From Octopus sinensis (taxonomy: Eukaryota): a stretch of DNA of 41,619 bases. The position numbers were made by a program, and so were the translations under genes. Where the stretch lies: assembly GCF_006345805.1 (NCBI RefSeq), contig NW_021835229.1, forward strand, positions 1 through 41,619, read 5' to 3'. Shown piece by piece: positions 25,461-37,079 of this stretch (position 1 is its first letter; every line of letters starts with the position of its first letter). The notes below the pieces were generated by a model that made no database searches, had not been told where the DNA came from, and was given only the letters and a program-made list of their open reading frames with translations.

Positions 25461-26096
25461 GGATCTATTTTTTTCTTTTGAACGGCAGACAATTTCTAGT
25501 TAACTAAACACTTTAAAACTTCGTATACTGGTAGAATGTGTCAAAACATTTTTTTCTCTTGCTTTCTTGAGAAAAGTGTAATTTGTTGTTTACGTAGTTT
25601 AATTTTTCGAGTTTATAACCAATCCTATGCTCTCTTTGAGCTAAAATCATTTGCTGCGTCTAAAACTGAGACAATATCCTGTAACTAACCCTAAACCTCC
25701 CCCCTAACCCTAAATTTTTTTTCTTAATCGTTAAAGTAATTTAATTGTTACGCGTGTAAAAAAAACTAAAGCAATGGAATTAAATTAATTTAACAATTAA
25801 GAAAAAAATATTAGGGTTAGGGTTAGGGTTAGGGGGGGAGGTTTAGGGTTAGTTACAGGATGTTATCTCAGTTTTAGACGCAGCAAATGATTTTAGTTGA
25901 AAGGTGGTAATCGATTGGTTAAAATTGCCGAAATGCTCGAATTTTCAGACGAAGTATCTTACAAACTATAGAATTTTCACAATAAAACCAAGAGAAAATG
26001 ATGTTTTATAAACACATTCTACCAGTATACGAAGTTTAAAAGTGTTTAGTTAACTAGAAATTGTGTTGACATCTGCCGTTCAAAAGGAAAAGATCC
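25461..26096. mobile_element. Merlin-like foldback MITE with ~285-bp imperfect inverted arms and internal TTAGGG repeats
   Basis: GGATC...GATCC termini; TSD AAAAACAA/CAAAACAA (7/8); the arms mirror each other almost to the centre (~25745-25780). Confidence 0.85.
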
Positions 26097-26274
26097 CAAA
26101 ACAATTCTTCAGCGTTTGCTCTTTTTCTTTTCGATGTAGTTTTGTTAAAGCGTACTAAACTAGGATTGTACAAGGATAGAGTTAATATTCGTGCGTAATT
26201 TAATATACACACTTATATGCACATATGTGTGTTCCCCTGTGTGTATGAGTGAGTGTGCGTTTGATTATGTGCCT

Positions 26275-26428
26275 GCTTGCGTCCCTAAGCTTATCGGTTC
26301 AGCAACTAGACCTTCAATATACTAAATCCCAGATTGATACAAGTCCTAGGGGCGATATGATTCGACAAAAGTCGTCGAAGGAAGAACCTTCGTATGGCCG
26401 TAGTCCAGTGACTGAAACCTGTAAACAC
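26275..26428 (+). mobile_element. Diverged 3' half of a family C SINE
   Basis: CTTA.CGGTTC.GCAA, AAGTCCT.GGG.CGAT and TGACTGAAAC motifs. Confidence 0.6.
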
Positions 26429-27231
26429 ATTAAAGTAGATTTATGAGAGTATAGTATGTATGTACGTACGTATGCATGTATGTACGTACGTATGCATGTA
26501 TGTACGTACATACGTATGAATGTGCGTGTATGTATGAGTGTGTATGACATACATACATGCACACATACATACACACACACATACATACATACATACATAC
26601 ATACATACATACATACATACATACATACATACATACATACATACATACATGCATACATATACAAACACTGAATGTATATATGTATATATATGCATGTATA
26701 TATATATAGGTATTTAGGTAGGGTCTCAAGAATGAGAAGTTAATGGAAGTGACAGAGAGAAAAATAAATATGAGAATAATAATAGAAGATATATTTTGCT
26801 AAGATTTGCCATTATTTACTACGAGAATAATTGAAAGAAAGCAATTTAGGTCTCTCTCTCATTTCCCCGTCTCTTCCTCTGACCGTCTCCTTCTCCAGTT
26901 ATCTTCCTCTCCCCCCCCCTCTTTCTTTCTCTGTATGTATGTATGTATGTTTTCGAGTGCGAACATACGAGCGCGCCTCTGTGAATGTTAATATTTATGT
27001 TCACGAGTTGTGTGCTGAGAAAATTAAAGTGTGAGCGAGACGACGGCAGATTATCTGGCAAAATGTCGACCATTTATCATCCTCAATCACGTCTTCCTTT
27101 ACGCTTGTTTCCCTTTCATTGTCGATATCATTCATCATCAACATCGCCATCGTTGTCTTCGTCGTCCTCTTCCTCACCGTCGCAGTTGCCATCTTTGACG
27201 TCATAATAATAATAATAATAATAATGATAAT

Positions 27232-27427
27232 GGTTTCAAATTTTGTCACAAGGGCAGTAATTTGGAGGGAGGAGATGAGTCAATTACATCGACCCTAGTG
27301 TTCAACTGGTACTTATTTTATCGATCCCGAAAGGATGAAAGGCAAAGTCGAACTTGGCGGAATTTGAATTCAGAACGTAAAACCGGAAGAAATGCCCGTA
27401 TGCTAATGATTCTGCTGGCTCGCTGCC
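27232..27427 (-). mobile_element. Family D SINE with an alternative tail
   Basis: Core AAGGATGAAAGGCAAAGTCG; GGTTTCAAA end shared with 40706-40918. Confidence 0.85.
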
Positions 27428-27471
27428 TTGGCCCACGAATAGTCAAGAAGGAAAACGAAAAGATAGATAGA
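27428..27471 (+). pseudogene. R4/Dong-clade restriction-like endonuclease remnant, part 1
   Basis: Encodes (G)PRIVKKENEKIDR, matching the DxRIxxKExEKxxKY motif; continues at 28387. Confidence 0.65.
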
Positions 27472-27477
27472 TAGATA

Positions 27478-28204
27478 TGTTTCTTTATTAGCCACACAGG
27501 GCTGCACACGATAGAACCAATACACAAGTAGAGCTTTCTTTTGAAGGTATTAAAAAAAAAAAAAAAAAAAAAAAAAGGAAGGGGGAGGTTCGATCAAAAG
27601 GGATCGTAAAAGGAGAGAAAGAGGACAAAAATAAGGGGGGTTAAAAAAAAAAAAAAAAAGGGGGGGGAGGAAAAAAAAATGATCAATAGGGATCGTTATC
27701 ACAGAATGTCAATATGAAGTGTAAAGGGGAGGACAGGTGAGGTTTACCCGTGGAAAGAAAAGCCTGCGGAAAAGACCACGGTAACCTCGGTCATGAAGTC
27801 ACATTTTATTTCTTTTTTTTTTTTTTTTTTTTGCAAATAAGCCAACTCTCTGTTTTCGATTTCTGGGTCATAGGACTATGCTCAAGGTGGCTTCGTCATT
27901 CATACGTGCCATTCTTGCTACATTCACCCATCTTTTTTTAAAAACTTCGCTAGAAAAAACTTGCCTCTCTACTCTCACTTTCTTTTCAAGTGGTACTTGA
28001 AGAAGTTGATGGAGATTGACCAGAGAGGAAAGTGTTTGTCTCCAATCCTTTCAGACGCGTCCACCAGATACATTCTTTCGCCATAGCCACAAGGATGATG
28101 AAAATAGCTCTTCCTTCCCGTTTGAAGGAAGGAGGCGTGACAATATTGACGATAGACTCAGCTGATAAACCGACTCGTCCACAACGTGACAGCAGTTGTT
28201 CGAC
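27478..28204 (-). mobile_element. 5'-truncated Tx1/L1-clade LINE (ORF2 C-terminus + 3' UTR)
   Basis: Minus-strand VEQLLSRCG...[12 protein letters not shown]...; with two 1-nt frameshifts it continues [16 protein letters not shown]...FKKRW...SIVL* (stop 27868-27870). T-rich 3' UTR ends AATAAAGAAAC; flanked by GATA repeats. Confidence 0.75.
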
Positions 28205-28233
28205 AGATAGATAGATAGATAGATGGATAGATG

Positions 28234-28308
<75 letters not shown>

Positions 28309-28309
28309 G

Positions 28310-28386
<77 letters not shown>
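28205..28386. repeat. (GATA)n microsatellite
   Basis: Directly visible. Confidence 0.95.
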
Positions 28387-28387
<1 letters not shown>

Positions 28388-28700
28388 ACCCTCTAAAGTA
28401 CGAAACAGCCCGGCTATGGAAAATGAAGAAGGTGAAGATAGTTCCAATTATTGTTAGGTCCTTGGGAACAGTATCAGAAGGCATCAAGAGGAATATAAAG
28501 GAAATCAGAATAGAGTGTCCAGTAGAACTGATACAAAAGGTTTGCCTCCTTGGCATGGCCAGAATAATCATGAAAGTATTAGATAGCTGAAAAGAACGAA
28601 TAGCATGGTACCGTTGGTTGTTGGAAGTAAGTCTGTTTTGCATGCAAGACTCCAGGAGCTCCAACAAAATCTGTGAGAAAGAGAAAATAATAATAATAAT
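28387..28700 (+). pseudogene. R4/Dong-clade LINE 3' end (endonuclease C-terminus, 3' UTR, (TAA)n tail), part 2
   Basis: 28387-28590 reads [67 protein letters not shown], with typical LW...VPIxxGxLG...QKxxLLGxA motifs; ends in (AAT)n. Confidence 0.8.
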
Positions 28701-28971
28701 ATTCCGTTCCTCTTTCAATAATATCATTATCGTTATTACCACCATAAGCGATTGTAGCAATATCAAAATCGTTGTCCTCCTCCTCCTCATCATCATCATC
28801 ACCGCCACGACCACCAGCACCACCACCGCCGCCACCGCCGCCACCGCCGCCGCCGGCAGTATCATCAGCAATAGAAATTTTGGCATCTCTAATAACGCGA
28901 ATATTTTCCTTGTTTTCGATGCGGTCATAATTATTGGTGTTACTGTTGCTCTTGTAGCTGTTGTTGATATA

Positions 28972-29450
28972 GGTGGTGGTGGTGGTGGTGGTGGTGGTGG
29001 CGGTGGTGGTGGTGATGGTGGTGGTGGTGGTGGTGGTGGTGGTGTTGATAATGATGATGAAGATGATGATGATGATGACGGTGATGACGACGACGACGAC
29101 GACGACGACGACGATGATGATGATGATGATGATGTTGATGATGATGATGATGATGAGGAGGAGGAGGAGGGGAGGAGGGGGAGGAGGAGGAGGAGGAGGA
29201 GGAGGAGGAGGAGGAGGAGGAGGAGGTTATAATATTACACTTGCTGTGGCTGCGGTTGTGATTGTGAGTAATAATTGCTACCGATATTGTTACTATCACT
29301 GTTGCTGTCGAAGTTATTGATGAGAAGCAGCCGTCCTATGACAGAAGAGGCAATAGAGAGAGAGAGGGGAGAGAAAGAGAGAGGGAGGGAGATGGGAGAG
29401 GGAGAGCGAGGAGAGGGGGAGAGAGGGGAGAGAAGAGAGATATATGAAGA
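28972..29450. repeat. Compound (GGT)/(GAT)/(GAC)/(GGA) microsatellite and a downstream GA-rich tract
   Basis: Directly visible. Confidence 0.9.
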
Positions 29451-29767
29451 GAGAATGATGGCGCTTAATGAACAAACACCAAAGCAAGAAAGAGAAGCGA
29501 CGAAATAAATGGCTGTCATATTTTTTTCAATAATATTTTCATTGAAGACATTGTTGATGGTCAAATATTGGGACCAAAGGGCAAGCAATGTGGTTAATGC
29601 CGTCATAAATTAAACACCATCTTCCTCCTGCCATTATCACAACCAATCATATTAAGATGTAGGTAAATGTCGAACAGTGTAGGAGAGACATAACTGAATT
29701 GCTGTAGTGTTGGCCACAATGGCGCACAGGTTTCACGTTCAAATCGACAGTAGGCGTCTTATATAAA

Positions 29768-30169
29768 TCTTTATATATAAAAGTGAAGTTGTGTGAGTGT
29801 CTGTCTCCTACGATTTAGATTCCTAACTACTCCCACATTTTGCGGTGCAGTGTAACCAAAAGCGGGTATCTTATAGTCGTGATTCATATCGAGCCCTTCT
29901 GGGTATTAGCGCGCGTCTACGATGAGTCTACGATTTAAAAAAAAATTTACCATAAATTTTTCCCATTTTTAATGCATTTTTGGCATATATAAGTGAAGTA
30001 ACTCTCTAAAAATTTATTATTAAATCTCAGAACGTAAAAAGCTACAGTAACACTCCCCCCCCCCTTTGTGGTTAGCCATATTGAGATGGCTATTATACTT
30101 TACATCTCTAAAAATGCTTATATGGTTATTTCCCTTACAAACCCGAGCAACGCCGGGCGATACTGCTAG
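29768..30169 (+). mobile_element. Non-autonomous Helitron
   Basis: 5' TC start (TCTTTATATATAAAAG), subterminal GC hairpin CCCGAGCAACGCCGGG (30142-30157), 3' CTAG end, inserted between A and T with no TSD. Confidence 0.85.
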
Positions 30170-30198
30170 TGTAATATATAAGTATTCTTAATTGCATA

Positions 30199-30437
30199 AA
30201 GGCGGCGAGCTGGCAGAAACGTTAGCACGCCGGGCGAAATGCGTAGCCGTAATTCGTCTGCCGTTACGTCCTGAGTTCAAATTCCGCCGAGGTCGACTTT
30301 GCCTTTCATCCTTTCGTGGTCGATAAATTAAGTACCAGTTACGCACTGGGGTCGATGTAATCGACTTAATCACTTTGTCTGTCTTTGTCTGTCCCCTCTA
30401 TGTTTAGCCTCTTGTGGGCAATAAAGAAATATATAAA
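30199..30437 (+). mobile_element. Family D SINE with an AATAAAGAAA tail
   Basis: Full head and core; 16-bp TSD TATTCTTAATTGCATA (30183-30198, 30438-30453). Confidence 0.92.
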
Positions 30438-30663
30438 TATTCTTAATTGCATACGCTTTAGCTTTCCTAATTTTTAGGAATATGTAGTTGATACTCTTGT
30501 AATATTACTTATCACGTGGATTCTCTCTCTCTCTTTCTCTCCCTTTCTCACCCTCCCTCTGTATCATTATGACTCATAAGGCTGGTCACCAGGTTTCCAT
30601 GGAGTGTAAGTGACCGAGATCTCAACATTCCCTCTGAAATGAGCGGCGCTCCGTTGTAACATT

Positions 30664-30826
30664 CAAGGCCTGCAATTTTGATGGAAGGTGGCAATTCGAT
30701 TACATCGACACCAGTGCTTGACTGCTACTATATTTCATTGGCCCCGAAGGAATGAAAAGCAAAACAGATCTCGGCGAGAGTAAAGCATGTTGTTCGACGT
30801 GCTAATGGTTCTGTTAGCTCACCGCT
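30664..30826 (-). mobile_element. Diverged family D SINE; other decayed minus copies near 4285-4390, 12200-12312, 13540-13640, 23330-23466
   Basis: CGATTACATCGAC, ATGAAA.GCAAA and GATCTCGGCG motifs; three of the other copies retain TTTGAACTCAG. Confidence 0.65.
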
Positions 30827-31008
30827 TTATTCCATGGAGAGAGAGATACCATCAGCTACAAGACACTGGAATAAGTACTAGCCCTTAAAAGCTTTAGAGG
30901 GGGTAGACTCTTTGGATATAATTTTTATAGTATACGAAATGCGACCGAGTAGTCAGATGTTTCGTTAGGTTGCAGATTGAACTCAGATCGTCCCTTAGGT
31001 GAGTCCTG

Positions 31009-31433
31009 GAATCTTTTCGGTTTGAACGGCAGTTTTTCCTAGTGGTGTCATATGAAATTGTCACCCATAATTATGACCCTAGTATCGCTCTACTGCATTT
31101 CAATCTATTTTAGGGTTAGGGTTAGGGGTGGGAGAAGGGTATCTTTTTTTCTTCACAAATGTGAATAAACCCAATCTGTTTCTTAAACGAGGGACATATT
31201 CATACATATTCATACAGCACAGAATGTTTTCACCTCAATAAACGTCATTGATTGGTTGAAATTGCAGAAATTGAAGAAAATCAACAACAAATATCTTACA
31301 AACTGTAGAATTTTCTCAATAAAGCCAAGAGAAAAAGATGTTTTATAAACACATTCTACCAGTATACGAAGTTTAAAATTTTTTAGTTACCTAGAAATTA
31401 TGTTAAAAACTGCCGTTCAAACCGAAAAGATCC
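31009..31433. mobile_element. Merlin-like MITE
   Basis: TIR G(A/G)ATCTTTTCGGTTTGAACGGCAGTTTTT; 8-bp TSD GAGTCCTG (31001-31008, 31434-31441); internal TTAGGG x3. Confidence 0.9.
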
Positions 31434-33196
31434 GAGTCCTGCAACAGATTGGTGCATCGATACAAAAGAAAACAAATATCTCAAACACTTGCTGTTTTAT
31501 AAAACTGGGATAAGTTCCAACACACTACAGTATACGATAGCAAACGTAAAATTAGTCAAAGTAAGAAACTGGTAAAATAACTTCACTGCAAACAAAAATT
31601 ATCATCACGTGATCCGTTTTACACTCAGCCAAAAAAAAACAAGTAATAATGATTTCTTTTGCAAGAATCAATACGATGCTATTTCAAGCAAGGGTGATAA
31701 ATAGTATTAACTGACATCTATCTACATATTTACGTATGCATACATCTTATGTCTGACATTTCATAATTCAGTGATTAGATTCATAGACCACAAATTATAC
31801 AAACTTGTATCCTGCTTTGCCCAAGGTTCATTAACCTCAAATGAGATGGAAATTGTATCCTGCTTTTCCAAAGGTTTATTTACGATATTAAGAACTGAAA
31901 CAATTCTGTCCATGAACTGTAACCGAGGATATAGCGCTAGAATTTGACTGCACCCGATAGATGCTCGGTAAAGCATTCACGTTTTATATCACCCTAGGCG
32001 AGAGTTGTAAGGAGAGCATAAAATCGCTAAAACCGTCTTATTATGTCATATAGCTATTTTAACCTAATTATTCATTAAGATTCTATAAACATAATGTTGA
32101 TTGCAGAATATGACCAAAAGTGTATCACCAAGGTCGTATATTTCTAGATCGCATGATGTAACCGCAAAACAAAATACAATGTTATATATAACATTGTATG
32201 GATTGTTATGAATTTAATTTTAGATTTTTAAGAAAATTAATAATGATGGAATATTCCAAAGAAAGATTGCTTCAAATACAATTCAGACTTGGCGGAATAT
32301 CCAGTAAACAAATTTTCAGACTACTGTGAGTCTACAAACACTATAGTTTCCTTTGTGATAAATAACTGACACTCAAATAAATTGACAAAAATATTTCAGT
32401 ATTAATAAAATAATGTGGAAATTTCTTGGTTTTCTCTTTAGAAATAATAAAATCTGTTATCTACCGACATCCAGCAACGTCCAAGAATATGGTATACGAA
32501 TATAATTTCCTAGAGTCCAGACAATTCGATGTTTCACTCGGTAACTTAAACCTTAAAATCTATTCACATTATATCTCTTTAGCAAATTAAGAGTAAAAAA
32601 TCCAGTCTGCATATTACTGCACCAAGATGATGGATTCTATTATGGGATCATCCTGAGCACTCCCACATAACTGAAGGTAGACTAACAGATTACAAAAAAT
32701 AACAAGAGTGAACTGTCAGGAGCAGTCCTTCAAAAGGCCCCGTAAAAACAAAGCGTATATGGTGACGTACACAAAAAGCGCGGCAATTGAACGAAAAATA
32801 ACCAAGTACAAATAAGTGATTAGAGTGAAATTGCCGGATGAGGTTTATACGGAAAACATTAAATGAATATTAATAGACAAGGAAAGATATGCTAAATTAA
32901 AGGAATTGTTCGGGTTAAACATAGACCCATTAGGAGTGGAGATAGCGTATGATGCCCTACCTCCAGTCGTGGACTATGACGATTTGAAACCGTATATAAA
33001 CTGGTAAAATATGTAAATTTTAATATTATAAAACAGGAAAAAGAAACGGAAATACTACACACGTGCTACCAAGAAAAGAAGATATAAAAACTTTGATAAA
33101 AAACAGTTAGATGGTACTGCTCGAGAATGGGGTTCGAGTATCATTTATTTATAATTCATTTTCATTCATTCTTTTATGTTTTATGTCCCACTTATG

Positions 33197-33601
33197 GGAT
33201 CTTTTCGGTTTGAACGGCAGTTTTTTCTAGCGGTGTCATATGAAATTGTCACCCATAATTATGACCCTACTATCGATCTATTGCATTTCAATCTGTTTTA
33301 GGGTTAGGGTTAGTTAGGGTTAGGGTTAGGGGTGGTGGAAAGGGTATTTTTTTTCTTCAGAAATGTAAATAAACCCAATCTGTTTCTTAAACGAGGGACA
33401 TATTCATACGGCACAGAATGTTTTCACCTCAATAGACATCATTGATTGGTTAAAATTGCAGAAATTGAAGAAGAAAAACAACAAATATTTTACAAGAGAA
33501 AAAGATGTTTTATAAACACATTCTACCAGTATACGAAGTTTAAAAGTGTTTAGTTACGTGGAAATTATTTTAAAAAACTGCCGTTCAAACCGAAAAGATC
33601 C
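33197..33601. mobile_element. Merlin-like MITE, close relative of 31009-31433
   Basis: TIR GGATCTTTTCGGTTTGAACGGCAGTTTTTT; 8-bp TSD CACTTATG (33189-33196, 33602-33609); internal TTAGGG array. Confidence 0.9.
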
Positions 33602-34093
33602 CACTTATGTTGTCTGTCCTTGTACAGTCCTCTCTGTTGTTCGGGTCTTTGTGCCTAATAAAGAAATAGTAGTTGACGGTGTTAGTTCGACTGTGTACGT
33701 TAACCGTCTTAGTTCGACGTGTGTTAATTTAACAGTCAGTAGTTATATAGTGAAATACTGAATATCGTTTTTACGTTCAGATAGTACGGAGTGCGTTCTG
33801 TGTTAATATATATTATTCTGCAATAGGTTATTTTTAGATAAACGCAACCAACTATTTATTTGTGTAATACCCACTTGTGTCGTATATGTCCCCAATACAA
33901 CACCATAACAACCCATCATATATACACGACATGCTCTTCGTAATTTTCAAGATTTTGCTCAGCTAGAAGAGAAGAAGAGATTGAGATTATCGGTGCTATA
34001 ATGACATCGTATTGCTATACATACGTGTATACATACATATATATATATAATATATATAATATATATATAATATATTATATATATATATATATA

Positions 34094-34126
<33 letters not shown>

Positions 34127-34140
34127 TATATATAAATGAA

Positions 34141-34672
34141 ACGACGAATTAACGACGAATTACAATATTCCTTTATTTTCGACATATGTTTCGAAGGCTG
34201 CATATTCCTAATTTCGAAGGAATAAGGGGTGCATTATGCCGCCTTTCATCAAGAAAAACAAGGAACTTATGTCAGCATCAAGATGCACAAAAACGTTTAG
34301 ATGACTGCCCACACGGAGCCCATAGCGATAATGTGTGGGCAGTCATCTAAAAGTTTTTGTGCATCTTGATGCTGACATAAGTTCCTTGTTTTTCCTGATG
34401 AGAAGGCGGCATAATGCACCCCTTTTTCCTACAAAATTAGGAATATACAGCCTTCAAAACATATGTCGAAAATAAAGGAATTTTGTTAATTCGTCGTTCA
34501 ACTCCATTCTTTCATTTATTTGTATTTAAAAAAACACACAAATTTCCACACGATAGCACGTGATCTCTGCCCTAGGCATGTAGCTTCAACCGTGTTTTTC
34601 TGACGTGAATTTGCTACCTAGGTATCGGTTAACCGAATTATCCATAATAAGATAATTCATTCAACTACTCAA
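34141..34672. mobile_element. (TA)n-embedded palindromic Penelope-like element with two hammerhead motifs
   Basis: Arms 34151-34314 and 34333-34498 with an 18-nt spacer; hammerhead motifs at 34176-34257 (-) and 34390-34472 (+). Confidence 0.75.
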
Positions 34673-34729
<57 letters not shown>

Positions 34730-34879
34730 TCTATATATATATATATATGTTGTTGTATTTGGGAATGGTCATGTAACATGTCTATCCTAATTAGAACATA
34801 TCTGTGTTTTCAACACGGTTTCACATCAAGAATCTTGTTGCAAAATGAATGAACTATATAAACGTATATATATATATAT

Positions 34880-34923
<44 letters not shown>

Positions 34924-35026
34924 TATATTATATATACATACATAATACATCATACATACTAATACATAAATACATACATACATACATACAACATACATAC
35001 ATACATATATAAATATATAAAATATA

Positions 35027-35196
35027 ATTAGAGATGATACCACTATTATGCAACTCAAACAGTGATAGACATAAACCAAAACATAAATATAGTGGTTTTA
35101 TCTCTAATATATATTTTATATATTTATACTGTGAAATTTGATTTAATACTAAAATGAACTTTTCCCTGTAAGTTTGGAGTTATACTCCCTAATATT
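35027..35196. mobile_element. (TA)n-embedded repeat with an inverted end; related copy at 38959-39156
   Basis: Both start ATTAGAGAT.A.ACCACTATTA and end TTTTCCCTGTAAGTTTGGA..TCCCTAATATT; 35027-35046 and 35089-35108 are inverted (18/20). Confidence 0.7.
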
Positions 35197-35230
35197 ATTA
35201 TTATTATAATTATATATATATATATATGTG

Positions 35231-35281
<51 letters not shown>

Positions 35282-36669
35282 CATACATACATACATACAG
35301 AGAGGAAGAGATGAAGAGAGCAGAGAGAGGGTGGAGAGAAATAGTAGAGACAGAGACAGAGAGAGCGTCATCGTTGAACACAAAAAATAGCTGTACAATG
35401 TCTGTATAGCAGCGATAACCTCAATCTCTTCTGCTCTTCCAGCAAAGCAAAATCTTGAAAATTACGAAGAGCGTGTCGTGTATATAATGATGGGTTGTTA
35501 TGGTGTTGTATTGGGGACATATACGATACAAGTGGGGATTGTAATTTGTGAAGTGGTGTACATAATGCTCTTTGAAACAGATGCGTGGAAAATGATCGGC
35601 TGCAATAGTGGATGTTATGTGCATCTATATAGTTTTTCATGTCTGAATGATTGTGTGCACGTCTGTCCGAGATTGCGTCTGTGTGAGTCGGTGAGTGTGT
35701 GTGTGTGTGTGGTGTGTGTGTGTGGTGTGTGCGTGTGTGTGTGTACGTGTGTATGTACGTGTGTGTGTGTGTGTCTGTGTGTATGTCAGTGGATGTGAGC
35801 AAACACACATTAACGTAGGTGCCATTCAAATTGACTGTGCAAAAGAGCATATACACGTAATTACGTCTTGTGCAGGCCTTTTAGTGTATATATACATAGA
35901 CAGATACGCACAAACACGTGCAGACACACACATATGCACACCACACACACACACACAACACACATACAGACATACACAGACACACACACATATATGCATA
36001 TACTTTCATACAGATTTATGTATGTGCATTTGTATGTTTGCTTATATATATATATATATGTGCCTCTGTGGTGTGTGTGTGTGTGTGTGTGCCTGTCTGT
36101 GTGTATGCATACATGAATACATGTGTGTGTGCATGTGTGTGTATGCATGAATGTATGTATATATATCATAAACCTTGGTGAATGTATTTATGCGCGTGTA
36201 TAAGTACGCGTTTGTGGTTTGTGTGTATGTGTGTGTGCATGTGTGTGCGTATGTGTGTCTGTCTGTTTGTGTGTGTGTGTGTGTGTGTGGTGTGTGTGGT
36301 GTGTGTGTGTGTGTGTTCAACGTCAGTCTAATTGACTGCGTCACGTGTCAGCAATAACAAATCACCGTTGAGAATTGCGGTCTCGTGAGAATGACATGGC
36401 GACCAGAAATGCGCTGCGAGACGTCTGACAAGCAAAGAAAGCGGATAACTGAGACGCTTTGTTCGCTAAGAAACGTAACAGCGGACAGTGACGATGAGAG
36501 AGGTGATGGGGAAAGGAAGATGGCCCCAGCCGTAGTGAATCAGACAGTTAAATAATGCCAGTATTCATTCTAAACTGCAGCAGTTAGAGTGTTCTGCGTT
36601 CATACTCTTCGGGTATTTCTTGTTGTGATCTGGTTTGTGATCTGGTTTGCATTTTGTCATCTCTGTCTG

Positions 36670-36736
<67 letters not shown>

Positions 36737-36986
36737 GTCTGTCTGTCTATCTATCTCCCTGCCTGGCTCTCTGATTGTCTCTCTATCTGTCTCTCCATCG
36801 TGTTTCTCTAATGCATAAAATGAGAGAAAATTTTAAGGATCTTTTGGACGTTGACTGATGAGGAACTGGCTGCGAATTTTCTGTTGTCTTTGTTTTTTTT
36901 TTTTAAATACATACATACATATATACATACATACTATATAATTAGGGTTCAGCAACGATTTGCTTCACCACAACCTTTATTATTAT

Positions 36987-37079
<93 letters not shown>

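Larger units (their letters stand above)
33866..35540. repeat. Inverted pair of ~153-bp segments (33866-34018 and 35387-35540)
   Basis: CGTATATGTCCCCAATACAACACCATAACAACCCATCAT and CTCTTCGTAATTTTCAAGATTTTGCT appear reverse-complemented in the second copy. Confidence 0.85.

Noticed and set aside
25811-25852. Telomere or chromosome-fusion site suggested by CCCTAA/TTAGGG arrays
   Set aside because: Only a few units, inside a TIR/TSD-bounded MITE and repeated in sibling copies.
32590-32670. KNPVCILLHQDDGFYYGIILST, faintly like a PemK/MazF strand motif
   Set aside because: Too short, followed by in-frame stops, and there is no prokaryotic context.
36855-36880. CTGATGA hammerhead core
   Set aside because: No paired stem II and no GAAA.
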